Positions 1-14,700 of a DNA stretch of 64,000 nt are shown here, one piece after another. The notes beneath the pieces are model-generated. The model was not told where the DNA came from, did not search any database, and saw only the letters and a program-made list of their open reading frames with translations. The stretch's first letter is position 1; the number at the start of each line of letters is the position of its first letter. The translations under genes were made by a program, and so were the position numbers. Source of the stretch: Eledone cirrhosa (lineage: Eukaryota); NCBI GenBank assembly GCA_964016885.1, contig OZ024742.1, positions 292,888,001 through 292,952,000 of the forward strand. The letters run 5' to 3'.

Positions 1-82
1 CAACTATACTGAGTCAAGGTGGTAGCTTAATAGATATATCTGGTCATAAACACAACTATACTGAGTCAAGGTGATAGCTTAA

Positions 83-94
83 TAGATATATCTA
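83..94. other. Perfect 12-bp palindrome TAGATATATCTA in the monomer (example copy; 10-bp AGATATATCT in G-variant units)
   Basis: The sequence equals its own reverse complement and is present in nearly every monomer. No function is demonstrated. Confidence 0.9.
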
Positions 95-3000
95 GTCATA
101 AACACAACTATATTACTGTGTCAAGGTGATATCTTAATAGATATATCTAGTCATAAACACAACTATTCTGAGTCAAGGTGATAGCTTAATAGATATATCT
201 GGTCATACACACAACTATACTGAGTCAAGGTGATAGCTTAATAGATATATCTGGTCATAAACACAACTATACTGAGTCAAGGTGATAGCTTAATAGATAT
301 ATCTAGTCATAAACACAACTATATTACTGAGTCAAGGTGATAGCTTAATAGATATATCTAGTCATAAACACAACTATATTACTGAGTCAAGGTGATAGCT
401 TAATAGATATATCTAGTCATAAACACAACTATACTGAGTCAAGGTGATAGCTTAATAGATATATCTGGTCATAAACACAACTATATTACTGAGTCAAGGT
501 GATAGCTTAATAGATATATCTAGTCATAAACACAACTATATTACTGAGTAAAGTTGATAGCTTTATAGATATATCTGGTCATAAACACAACTATACTGAG
601 TCAAGGTGATAGCTTAATAGATATATCTAGTCATAAACACAACTATATTACTGAGTCAAGGTGATAGCTTAATAGATATATCTAGTCATAAACACAACTA
701 TACTGAGTCAAGGTGATAGCTTAATAGATATATCTGGTCATAAACACAACTATACTGAGTCAAGGTGATAGCTTAATAGATATATCTAGTCATAAACACA
801 ACTATATTACTGAGTCAAGGTGATAGCTTAATAGATATATCTAGTCATAAACACAACTATATTACTGAGTCAAGGTGATAGCTTAATAGATATATCTAGT
901 AATAAACACAACTATACTGAGTCAAGGTGGTAGCTTAATAGATATATCTGGTCATAAACACAACTATACTGAGTCAAGGTGATAGCTTAATAGATATATC
1001 TAGTCATAAACACAACTATACTGAGACAAGGTGATAGCTTCATAGATATATCTAGTCATAAACCAACTATATTACTGAGTCAAGGTGATAGCTTAATAGA
1101 TATATCTAGTCATAAACACAACTATATTACTGAGTCAAGGTGATAGCTTAATAGATATATCTAGTCATAAACACAACTATATTACTGAGTCAAGGTGATA
1201 GCTTAATAGATATATCTAGTCATAAACACAACTATTCTGTGTCAAGGTGATAGCTTAATAGATATATCTGGTCATACACACAACTATACTGAGTCAAGGT
1301 GATAGCTTAATAGATATATCTGGTCATAAACACAACTATACTGAGTCAAGGTGATAGCTTAATAGATATATCTAGTCATAAACACAACTATACTGAGTCA
1401 AGGTGATAGCTTAATAGATATATCTAGTCATAAACACAACTATATTACTGAGTCAAAGTGATAGCTTAATAGATATATCTAGTCATAAACACAACTATAT
1501 TACTGAGTAAAGGTGATAGCTTAATAGATATATCTGGTCATAAACACAACTATACTGAGTCAAGGTGATAGCTTAATAGATATATCTAGTCATAAACCAA
1601 CTATATTACTGAGTCAAGGTGATAGCTTAATAGATATATCTAGTCATAAACACAACTATATTACTGAGTCAAGGTGATAGCTTAATAGATATATCTAGTC
1701 ATAAACACAACTATATTACTGAGTCAAGGTGATAGCTTAATAGATATATCTGGTCATAAACACAACTATATTACTGAGTCAAGGTGATAGCTTAATAGAT
1801 ATATCTAGTCATAAACACAACTATACTGAGTCAAGGTGATAGCTTAATAGATATATCTGGTCATAAACACAACTATACTGAGTCAAGGTGATAGCTTAAT
1901 AGATATATCTAGTCATAAATACAACTATATTACTGAGTCAAGGTGATAGCTTAATAGATATATCTAGTCATAAACACAACTATTCTGAGTCAAGGTGGTA
2001 GCTTAATAGATATATCTGGTCATACACACAACTATACTGAGTCAAGGTGATAGCTTAATAGATATATCTGGTCATAAACACAACTATACTGAGTCAAGGT
2101 GATAGCTTAATAGATATATCTAGTCATAAACACAACTATATTACTGAGTCAAGGTGATAGCTTAATAGATATATCTAGTCATAAACACAACTATATTACT
2201 GAGTCAAGGTGATAGCTTAATAGATATATCTAGTCATAAACACAACTATACTGAGTCAAGGTGATAGCTTAATAGATATATCTGGTCATAAACACAACTA
2301 TATTACTGAGTCAAGGTGATAGCTTAATAGATATATCTAGTCATAAACACAACTATATTACTGAGGCAAGGTGATAGCTTAATAGATATATCTAGTCATA
2401 AACACAACTATATTACTGAGTCAAGGTGATAGCTTAATAGATATATCTAGTCATAAACACAACTATATTACTGAGTCAAGGTGATAGCTTAATAGATATA
2501 TGTAGTCATAAACACAACTATATTACTGAGTCAAGGTGATAGCTTAATAGATATATCTAGTCATAAACACAACTATATTACTGAGTAAAGGTGATAGCTT
2601 AATAGATATATCTGGTCATAAACACAACTATACTGAGTCAAGGTGATAGCTTAATAGATATATCTAGTCATAAACACAACTATATTACTGAGTCAAGGTG
2701 ATAGCTTAATAGATATATCTAGTCATAAACACAAATATACTGAGTCAAGGTGATAGCTTAATAGATATATCTGGTCATAAACACAACTATACTGAGTCAA
2801 GGTGATAGCTTAATAGATATATCTCGTCATAAACACAGCTATATTACTGAGTCAAGGTGATAGCTTAATAGATATATCTAGTCATAAACACAACTATATT
2901 ACTGAGTCAAGGTGATAGCTTAATAGATATATCTAGTAATAAACACAACTATACTGAGTCAAGGTGGTAGCTTAATAGATATATCTGGTCATAAACACAA

Positions 3001-6000
3001 CTATACTGAGTCAAGGTGATAGCTTAATAGATATATCTAGTCATAAACACAACTATATTACTGAGTCAAGGTGATAGCTTAATAGATATATCTGGTCATA
3101 AACACAACTATATTACTGAGTCAAGGTGATAGCTTAATAGATATATCTAGTCATAAACACAACTATACTGAGTCAAGGTGATAGCTTAATCGATATATCT
3201 GGTCATAAACACAACTATACTGAGTCAAGGTGATAGCTTAATAGATATATCTAGTCATAAACACAACTATATTACTGAGTCAAGGTGATAGCTTAATTGA
3301 TATATCTAGTCATAAACACAACTATATTACTGAGGCAAGGTGATAGCTTAATAGATATATCTAGTCATAAACACAACTATATTACTGAGTCAAGGTGATA
3401 GCTTAATAGATATATCTAGTCATAAACACAACTATATTACTGAGTCAAGGTGATAGCTTAATAGATATATGTAGTCATAAACACAACTATATTACTGAGT
3501 CAAGGTGATAGCTTAATAGATATATCTAGTCATAAACCAACTATATTACTGAGTCAAGGTGATAGCTTAATAGATATATCTAGTCATAAACACAACTATA
3601 CTGAGTCAAGGTGATAGCTTCATAGATATATCTAGTCATAAACCAACTATATTACTGAGTCAAGGTGATAGCTTAATAGATATATCTAGTCATAAACACA
3701 ACTATATTACTGAGTCAAGGTGATAGCTTAATAGATATATCTAATCATAAACACAACTATATTACTGAGTCAAGGTGATAGCTTAATAGATATATCTAGT
3801 CATAAACACAACTATTCTGAGTCAAGGTGATAGCTTAATAGATATATCTGGTCATACACACAACTATACTGAGTCAAGGTGATAGCTTAATAGATATATC
3901 TAGTCATAAACACAACTATATTACTGAGTAAAGGTGATAGCTTAATAGATATATCTGGTCATAAACACAACTATACTGAGTCAAGGTGATAGCTTAATAT
4001 ATATATCTAGTCTAAACACAACTATATTACTGAGTCAAGGTGATAGCTTAATAGATATATCTAGTAATAAACCAACTATACTGAGTCAAGGTGGTAGCTT
4101 AATAGATATATCTGGTCATAAACACAACTATACTGAGTCAAGGTGATAGCTTAATAGATATATCTAGTCATAAACACAACTATACTGAGTCAAGGTGATA
4201 GCTTAATAGATATATCTAGTCATAAACCAACTATATTACTGAGTCAAGGTGATAGCTTAATAGATATATCTAGTCATAAACACAACTATATTACTGAGTC
4301 AAGGTGATAGCTTAATAGATATATCTAGTCATAAACACAACTATATTACTGAGTCAAGGTGATAGCTTAATAGATATATCTGGTCATAAACACAACTATA
4401 CTGAGTCAAGGTGATAGCTTAATAGATATATCTAGTCATAAACACAACTATACTGAGTCAAGGTGATAGCTTAATAGATATATCTGGTCATAAACACAAC
4501 TATACTGAGTCAAGGTGATAGCTTAATAGATATATCTAGTCATAAACACAACTATATTACTGAGTCAAGGTGATAGCTTAATAGATATATCTAGTCATAA
4601 ACACAACTATTCTGAGTCAAGGTGATAGCTTAATAGATATATCTGGTCATACACACAACTATACTGAGTCAAGGTGATAGCTTAATAGATATATCTGGTC
4701 ATAAACACAACTATACTGAGTCAAGGTGATAGCTTAATAGATATATCTAGTCATAAACACAACTATATTACTGAGTCAAGGTGATAGCTTAATAGATATA
4801 TCTAGTCATAAACACAACTATATTACTGAGTCAAGGTGATAGCTTAATAGATATATCTAGTCATAAACACAACTATACTGAGTCAAGGTGATAGCTTAAT
4901 AGATATATCTGGTCATAAACACAACTATATTCCTGAGTCAAGGTGATAGCTTAATAGATATATCTAGTCATAAACACAACTATATTACTGAGGCAAGGTG
5001 ATAGCTTAATAGATATATCTAGTCATAAACACAACTATATTACTGAGTCAAGGTGATAGCTTAATAGATATATGTAGTCATAAACACAACTATATTACTG
5101 AGTCAAAGTGATAGCTTAATAGATATATCTAGTCATTAACACAACTATATTACTGAGTAAAGGTGATAGCTTAATAGATATATCTGGTCATAAACACAAC
5201 TATACTGAGTCAAGGTGATAGCTTAATAGAAATATCTAGTCATAAACCAACTATATTACTGAGTCAAGGTGATAGCTTAATAGATATATCTAGTCATAAA
5301 CACAACTATATTACTGAGTCAAGGTGATAGCTTAATAGATATATCTAGTCATAAACACAACTATATTACTGAGTCAAGGTGATAGCTTAATAGATATATC
5401 TGGTCATAAACACAACTATATTACTGAGTCAAGGTGATAGCTTAATAGATATATCTAGTCATAAACACAACTATACTGAGTCAAGGTGATAGCTTAATAG
5501 ATATATCTGGTCATAAACACAACTATACTGAGTCAAGGTGATAGCTTAATAGATATATCTAGTCATAAACACAACTATATTACTGAGTCAAGCTGATAGC
5601 TTAATAGATATATCTAGTCATAAACACAACTATATTACTGAGGCAAGGTGATAGCTTAATAGATATATCTAGTCATAAACACAACTATATTACTGAGTCA
5701 AGGTGATAGCTTAATAGATATATCTGGTCATAAACACAACTATATTACTGAGTCAAGGTGATAGCTTAATAGATATATGTAGTCATAAACACAACTATAT
5801 TACTGAGTCAAGGTGATAGCTTAATAGATATATCTAGTCATAAACACAACTATATTACTGAGTCAAGGTGATAGCTTAATAGATATATGTAGTCATAAAC
5901 ACAACTATATTACTGAGTCAAGGTGATAGCTTAATAGATATATCTAGTCATAAACACAACTATATTACTGAGTAAAGGTGATAGCTTAATAGATATATCT

Positions 6001-6857
6001 GGTCATAAACACAACTATACTGAGTCAAGGTGATAGCTTAATAGATATATCTAGTCATAAACACAACTATATTACTGAGTCAAGGTGATAGCTTAATAGA
6101 TATATCTAGTCATAAACACAACTATACTGAGTCAAGGTGATAGCTTAATAGATATATCTGGTCATAAACACAACTATACTGAGTCAAGGTGATAGCTTAA
6201 TAGATATATCTAGTCATAAACACAACTATATTACTGAGTCAAGGTGATAGCTTAATAGATATATCTAGTCATAAACACAACTATATTACTGAGTCAAGGT
6301 GATAGCTTAATAGATATATCTAGTCATAAACCAACTATATTACTGAGTCAAGGTGATAGCTTAATAGATATATCTAGTCATAAACACATCTATATTACTG
6401 AGTAAAGGTGATAGCTTAATAGATATATCTAGTCATAAACACAACTATACTGAGTCAAGGTGATAGCTTAATAGATATATCTGGTCATAAACACAACTAT
6501 ACTGAGTCAAGGTGATAGCTTAATAGATATATCTAGTCATAAACACAACTATATTACTGAGTCAAGGTGATAGCTTAATAGATATATCTAGTCATAAACA
6601 CAACTATATTACTGAGTCAAGGTGATAGCTTAATAGATATATCTAGTAATAAACACAACTATACTGAGTCAAGGTGGTAGCTTAATAGATATATCTGGTC
6701 ATAAACACAACTATACTGAGTCAAGGTGATAGCTTAATAGATATATCTAGTCATAAACACAACTATACTGAGTCAAGGTGATAGCTTAATAGATATATCT
6801 AGTCATAAACCAACTATATTACTGAGTCAAGGTGATAGCTTAATAGATATATCTAGT

Positions 6858-9800
6858 CTTAAACACAACTATATTACTGAGTCAAGGTGATAGCTTAATA
6901 GATATATCTAGTCATAAACACAACTATATTACTGAGTCAAGGTGATAGCTTAATAGATATATCTGGTCATAAACACAACTATATTACTGAGTCAAGGTGA
7001 TAGCTTAATAGATATATCTAGTCATAAACACAACTATACTGAGTCAAGGTGATAGCTTAATAGATATATCTGGTCATAAACACAACTATACTGAGTCAAG
7101 GTGATAGCTTAATAGATATATCTAGTCATAAACACAACTATATTACTGAGTCAAGGTGATAGCTTAATAGATATATCTAGTCATAAACACAACTATTCTG
7201 AGTCAAGGTGATAGCTTAATAGATATATCTGGTCATACACACAACTATACTGAGTCAAGGTGATAGCTTAATAGATATATCTGGTCATAAACACAACTAT
7301 ACTGAGTCAAGGTGATAGCTTAATAGATATATTTAGTCATAAACACAACTATATTACTGAGTCAAGGTGATAGCTTAATAGATATATCTAGTCATAAACA
7401 CAATTATATTACTGAGTCAAGGCGATAGCTTAATAGATATATCTAGTCATAAACACAACTATACTGAGTCAAGGTGATAGCTTAATAGATATATCTGGTC
7501 ATAAACACAACTATATTACTGAGTCAAGGTGATAGCTTAATAGATATATCTAGTCATAAACACAACTATATTACTGAGGCAAGGTGATAGCTTAATAGAT
7601 ATATCTAGTCATAAACACAACTATATTACTGAGTCAAGGTGATAGCTTAATAGATATATCTAGTCATAAACACAACTATATTACTGAGTCAAGGTGATAG
7701 CTTAATAGATATATGTAGTCATAAACACAACTATATTACTGAGTCAAGGTGATAGCTTAATAGATATATCTAGTCATAAACACAACTATATTACTGAGTA
7801 AAGGTGATAGCTTAATAGATATATCTGGTCATAAACACAACTATACTGAGTCAAGGTGATAGCTTAATAGATATATCTAGTCATAAACACAACTATATTA
7901 CTGAGTCAAGGTGATAGCTTAATAGATATATCTAGTCATAAACACAACTATACTGAGTCAAGGTGATAGCTTAATAGATATATCTGGTCATAAACACAAC
8001 TATACTGAGTCAAGGTGATAGCTTAATAGATATATCTAGTCATAAACACAACTATATTACTGAGTCAAGGTGATAGCTTAATAGATATATCTAGTCATAA
8101 ACACAACTATATTACTGAGTCAAGGTGATAGCTTAATAGATATATCTAGTAATAAACACAACTATACTGAGTCAAGGTGGTAGCTTAATAGATATATCTG
8201 GTCATAAACACAACTATATTACTGAGTCAAGGTGATAGCTTAATAGATATATCTAGTCATAAACACAACTATACTGAGTCAAGGTGATAGCTTAATAAAT
8301 ATATCTAGTCATAAACCAACTATATTACTGAGTCAAGGTGATAGCTTAATAGATATATCTGGTCATAAACACAACTATATTACTGAGTCAAGGTGATAGC
8401 TTAATAGATATATCTAGTCATAAACACAACTATACTGAGTCAAGGTGATAGCTTAATAGATATATCTGGTCATAAACACAACTATAGTGAGTCAAGGTGA
8501 TAGCTTAATAGATATATCTAGTCATAAACACAACTATATTACTGAGTCAAGGTGATAGCTTAATAGATATATCTAGTCATAAACACAACTATATTACTGA
8601 GGCAAGGTGATAGCTTAATAGATATATCTAGTCATAAACACAACTATACTGAGTCAAGGTGATAGCTTAATAGATATATCTGGTCATAAACACAACTATA
8701 TTACTGAGTCAAGGTGATAGCTTAATAGATATATCTAGTCATAAACACAACTATATTACTGAGGCAAGGTGATAGCTTAATAGATATATCTAGTCATAAA
8801 CACAACTATATTACTGAGTCAAGGTGATAGCTTAATAGATATATCTAGTCATAAACACAACTATATTACTGAGTCAAGGTGATAGCTTAATAGATATATG
8901 TAGTCATAAACACAACTATATTACTGAGTCAAGGTGATAGCTTAATAGATATATCTAGTCATAAACACAACTATATGACTGAGTAAAGGTGATAGCTTAA
9001 TAGATATATCTGGTCATAAACACAACTATACTGAGTCAAGGTGATAGCTTAATAGATATATCTAGTCATAAACACAACTATATTACTGAGTCAAGGTGAT
9101 AGCTTAATAGATATATCTAGTCATAAACACAACTATACTGAGTCAAGGTGATAGCTTAATAGATATATCTGGTCATAAACACAACTATACTGAGTCAAGG
9201 TGATAGCTTAATAGATATATCTAGTCATAAACACAGCTATATTACTGAGTCAAGGTGATAGCTTAATAGATATATCTAGTCTTAAACACAACTATATTAC
9301 TGAGTCAAGGTGATAGCTTAATAGATATATCTAGTCATAAACACAACTATATTACTGAGTCAAGGTGATAGCTTAATAGATATATCTGGTCATAAACACA
9401 ACTATATTACTGAGTCAAGGTGATAGCTTAATAGATATATCTAGTCATAAACACAACTATACTGAGTCAAGGTGATAGCTTAATAGATATATCTGGTCAT
9501 AAACACAACTATACTGAGTCAAGGTGATAGCTTAATAGATATATCTAGTCATAAACACAACTATATTACTGAGTCAAGGTGATAGCTTAATAGATATATC
9601 TAGTCATAAACACAACTATTCTGAGTCAAGGTGATAGCTTAATAGATATATCTGGTCATACACACAACTATACTGAGTCAAGGTGATAGCTTAATAGATA
9701 TATCTGGTCATAAACACAACTATACTGAGTCAAGGTGATAGCTTAATAGATATATTTAGTCATAAACACAACTATATTACTGAGTCAAGGTGATAGCTTA

Positions 9801-11703
9801 ATAGATATATCTAGTCATAAACACAACTATATTACTGAGTCAAGGCGATAGCTTAATAGATATATCTAGTCATAAACACAACTATACTGAGTCAAGGTGA
9901 TAGCTTAATAGATATATCTGGTCATAAACACAACTATATTACTGAGTCAAGGTGATAGCTTAATAGATATATCTAGTCATAAACACAACTATATTACTGA
10001 GGCAAGGTGATAGCTTAATAGATATATCTAGTCATAAACACAACTATATTACTGAGTCAAGGTGATAGCTTAATAGATATATCTAGTCATAAACACAACT
10101 ATATTACTGAGTCAAGGTGATAGCTTAATAGATATATGTAGTCATAAACACAACTATATTACTGAGTCAAGGTGATAGCTTAATAGATATATCTAGTCAT
10201 AAACACAACTATATTACTGAGTAAAGGTGATAGCTTAATAGATATATCTGGTCATAAACACAACTATACTGAGTCAAGGTGATAGCTTAATAGATATATC
10301 TAGTCATAAACACAACTATATTACTGAGTCAAGGTGATAGCTTAATAGATATATCTAGTCATAAACACAACTATACTGAGTCAAGGTGATAGCTTAATAG
10401 ATATATCTGGTCATAAACACAACTATACTGAGTCAAGGTGATAGCTTAATAGATATATCTAGTCATAAACACAACTATATTACTGAGTCAAGCTGATAGC
10501 TTAATAGATATATCTAGTCATAAACACAACTATATTACTGAGTCAAGGTGATAGCTTAATAGATATATCTAGTAATAAACACAACTATACTGAGTCAAGG
10601 TGGTAGCTTAATAGATATATCTGGTCATAAACACAACTATATTACTGAGTCAAGGTGATAGCTTAATAGATATATCTAGTCATAAACACAACTATACTGA
10701 GTCAAGGTGATAGCTTAATAAATATATCTAGTCATAAACCAACTATATTACTGAGTCAAGGTGATAGCTTAATAGATATATCTGGTCATAAACACAACTA
10801 TATTACTGAGTCAAGGTGATAGCTTAATAGATATATCTAGTCATAAACACAACTATACTGAGTCAAGGTGATAGCTTAATAGATATATCTGGTCATAAAC
10901 ACAACTATAGTGAGTCAAGGTGATAGCTTAATAGATATATCTAGTCATAAACACAACTATATTACTGAGTCAAGGTGATAGCTTAATAGATATATCTAGT
11001 CATAAACACAACTATATTACTGAGGCAAGGTGATAGCTTAATAGATATATCTAGTCATAAACACAACTATACTGAGTCAAGGTGATAGCTTAATAGATAT
11101 ATCTGGTCATAAACACAACTATATTACTGAGTCAAGGTGATAGCTTAATAGATATATCTAGTCATAAACACAACTATATTACTGAGGCAAGGTGATAGCT
11201 TAATAGATATATCTAGTCATAAACACAACTATATTACTGAGTCAAGGTGATAGCTTAATAGATATATCTAGTCATAAACACAACTATATTACTGAGTCAA
11301 GGTGATAGCTTAATAGATATATGTAGTCATAAACACAACTATATTACTGAGTCAAGGTGATAGCTTAATAGATATATCTAGTCATAAACACAACTATATG
11401 ACTGAGTAAAGGTGATAGCTTAATAAATATATCTGGTCATAAACACAACTATACTGAGTCAAGGTGATAGCTTAATAGATATATCTAGTCATAAACACAA
11501 CTATATTACTGAGTCAAGGTGATAGCTTAATAGATATATCTAGTCATAAACACAACTATACTGAGTCAGGGTGATAGCTTAATAGATATATCTGGTCATA
11601 AACACAACTATACTGAGTCAAGGTGATAGCTTAATAGATATATCTAGTCATAAACACAGCTATATTACTGAGTCAAGGTGATAGCTTAATAGATATATCT
11701 AGT
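6858..11703. repeat. Tandem segmental duplication within the array, period 2423 bp (about 45 monomers)
   Basis: Rare variants recur at +2423: GTCTT 6858/9281, GGCGAT 7421/9844, AACTATAGTG 8480/10903, ACACAGC 9231/11654. Boundaries approximate. Confidence 0.88.
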
Positions 11704-14700
11704 CATAAACACAACTATATTACTGAGGCAAGGTGATAGCTTAATAGATATATCTGGTCATACACACAACTATACTGAGTCAAGGTGATAGCTTAATAGA
11801 TATATCTGGTCATAAACACAACTATACTGAGTCAAGGTGATAGCTTAATAGATATATTTAGTCATAAACACAACTATATTACTGAGTCAAGGTGATAGCT
11901 TAATAGATATATCTAGTCATAAACACAACTATATTACTGAGTCAAGGCGATAGCTTAATAGATATATCTAGTCATAAACACAACTATACTGAGTCAAGGT
12001 GATAGCTTAATAGATATATCTGGTCATAAACACAACTATATTACTGAGTCAAGGTGATAGCTTAATAGATATATCTAGTCATAAACACAACTATATTACT
12101 GAGGCAAGGTGATAGCTTAATAGATATATCTAGTCATAAACACAACTATATTACTGAGTCAAGGTGATAGCTTAATAGATATATCTAGTCATAAACACAA
12201 CTATATTACTGAGTCAAGGTGATAGCTTAATAGATATATGTAGTCATAAACACAACTATATTACTGAGTCAAGGTGATAGCTTAATAGATATATCTAGTC
12301 ATAAACACAACTATATTACTGAGTAAAGGTGATAGCTTAATAGATATATCTGGTCATAAACACAACTATACTGAGTCAAGGTGATAGCTTAATAGATATA
12401 TCTAGTCATAAACACAACTATATTACTGAGTCAAGGTGATAGCTTAATAGATATATCTAGTCATAAACACAACTATACTGAGTCAAGGTGATAGCTTAAT
12501 AGATATATCTGGTCATAAACACAACTATACTGAGTCAAGGTGATAGCTTAATAGATATATCTAGTCATAAACACAACTATATTACTGAGTCAAGGTGATA
12601 GCTTAATAGATATATCTAGTCATAAACACAACTATATTACTGAGTCAAGGTGATAGCTTAATAGATATATCTAGTAATAAACACAACTATATTACTGAGT
12701 CAAGGTGATAGCTTAATAGATATATCTAGTCATAAACACAACTATATTACTGAGTCAAGGTGATAGCTTAATAGATATATCTGGTCATAAACACAACTAT
12801 ATTACTGAGTCAAGGTGATAGCTTAATAGATATATCTAGTCATAAACACATCTATACTGAGTCAAGGTGATAGCTTAATAGATATATCTGGTCATAAACA
12901 CAACTATACTGAGTCAAGGTGATAGCTTAATAGATATATCTAGTCATAAACACAACTATATTACTGAGTCAAGGTGATAGCTTAATAGATATATCTAGTC
13001 ATAAACACAACTATTCTGAGTCAAGGTGATAGCTTAATAGATATATCTGGTCATACACACAACTATACTGAGTCAAGGTGATAGCTTAATAGATATATCT
13101 GGTCATAAACACAACTATACTGAGTCAAGGTGATAGCTTAATAGATATATTTAGTCATAAACACAACTATATTACTGAGTCAAGGTGATAGCTTAATAGA
13201 TATATCTAGTCATAAACACAACTATATTACTGAGTCAAGGCGATAGCTTAATAGATATATCTAGTCATAAACACAACTATACTGAGTCAAGGTGATAGCT
13301 TAATAGATATATCTGGTCATAAACACAACTATATTACTGAGTCAAGGTGATAGCTTAATAGATATATCTAGTCATAAACACAACTATATTACTGAGGCAA
13401 GGTGATAGCTTAATAGATATATCTAGTCATAAACACAACTATATTACTGAGTCAAGGTGATAGCTTAATAGATATATCTAGTCATAAACACAACTATATT
13501 ACTGAGTCAAGGTGATAGCTTAATAGATATATGTAGTCATAAACACAACTATATTACTGAGTCAAGGTGATAGCTTAATAGATATATCTAGTCATAAACA
13601 CAACTATATTACTGAGTAAAGGTGATAGCTTAATAGATATATCTGGTCATAAACACAACTATACTGAGTCAAGGTGATAGCTTAATAGATATATCTAGTC
13701 ATAAACACAACTATATTACTGAGTCAAGGTGATAGCTTAATAGATATATCTAGTCATAAACACAACTATACTGAGTCAAGGTGATAGCTTAATAGATATA
13801 TCTGGTCATAAACACAACTATACTGAGTCAAGGTGATAGCTTAATAGATATATCTAGTCATAAACACAACTATATTACTGAGTCAAGCTGATAGCTTAAT
13901 AGATATATCTAGTCATAAACACAACTATATTACTGAGTCAAGGTGATAGCTTAATAGATATATCTAGTAATAAACACAACTATACTGAGTCAAGGTGGTA
14001 GCTTAATAGATATATCTGGTCATAAACACAACTATATTACTGAGTCAAGGTGATAGCTTAATAGATATATCTAGTCATAAACACAACTATACTGAGTCAA
14101 GGTGATAGCTTAATAAATATATCTAGTCATAAACCAACTATATTACTGAGTCAAGGTGATAGCTTAATAGATATATCTGGTCATAAACACAACTATATTA
14201 CTGAGTCAAGGTGATAGCTTAATAGATATATCTAGTCATAAACACAACTATACTGAGTCAAGGTGATAGCTTAATAGATATATCTGGTCATAAACACAAC
14301 TATAGTGAGTCAAGGTGATAGCTTAATAGATATATCTAGTCATAAACACAACTATATTACTGAGTCAAGGTGATAGCTTAATAGATATATCTAGTCATAA
14401 ACACAACTATATTACTGAGGCAAGGTGATAGCTTAATAGATATATCTAGTCATAAACACAACTATACTGAGTCAAGGTGATAGCTTAATAGATATATCTG
14501 GTCATAAACACAACTATATTACTGAGTCAAGGTGATAGCTTAATAGATATATCTAGTCATAAACACAACTATATTACTGAGGCAAGGTGATAGCTTAATA
14601 GATATATCTAGTCATAAACACAACTATATTACTGAGTCAAGGTGATAGCTTAATAGATATATCTAGTCATAAACACAACTATATTACTGAGTCAAGGTGA

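Noticed and set aside
57-92. TATA-like promoter boxes in each monomer
   Set aside because: These are expected by chance in about 70% AT sequence, and there is no downstream gene or other promoter context.
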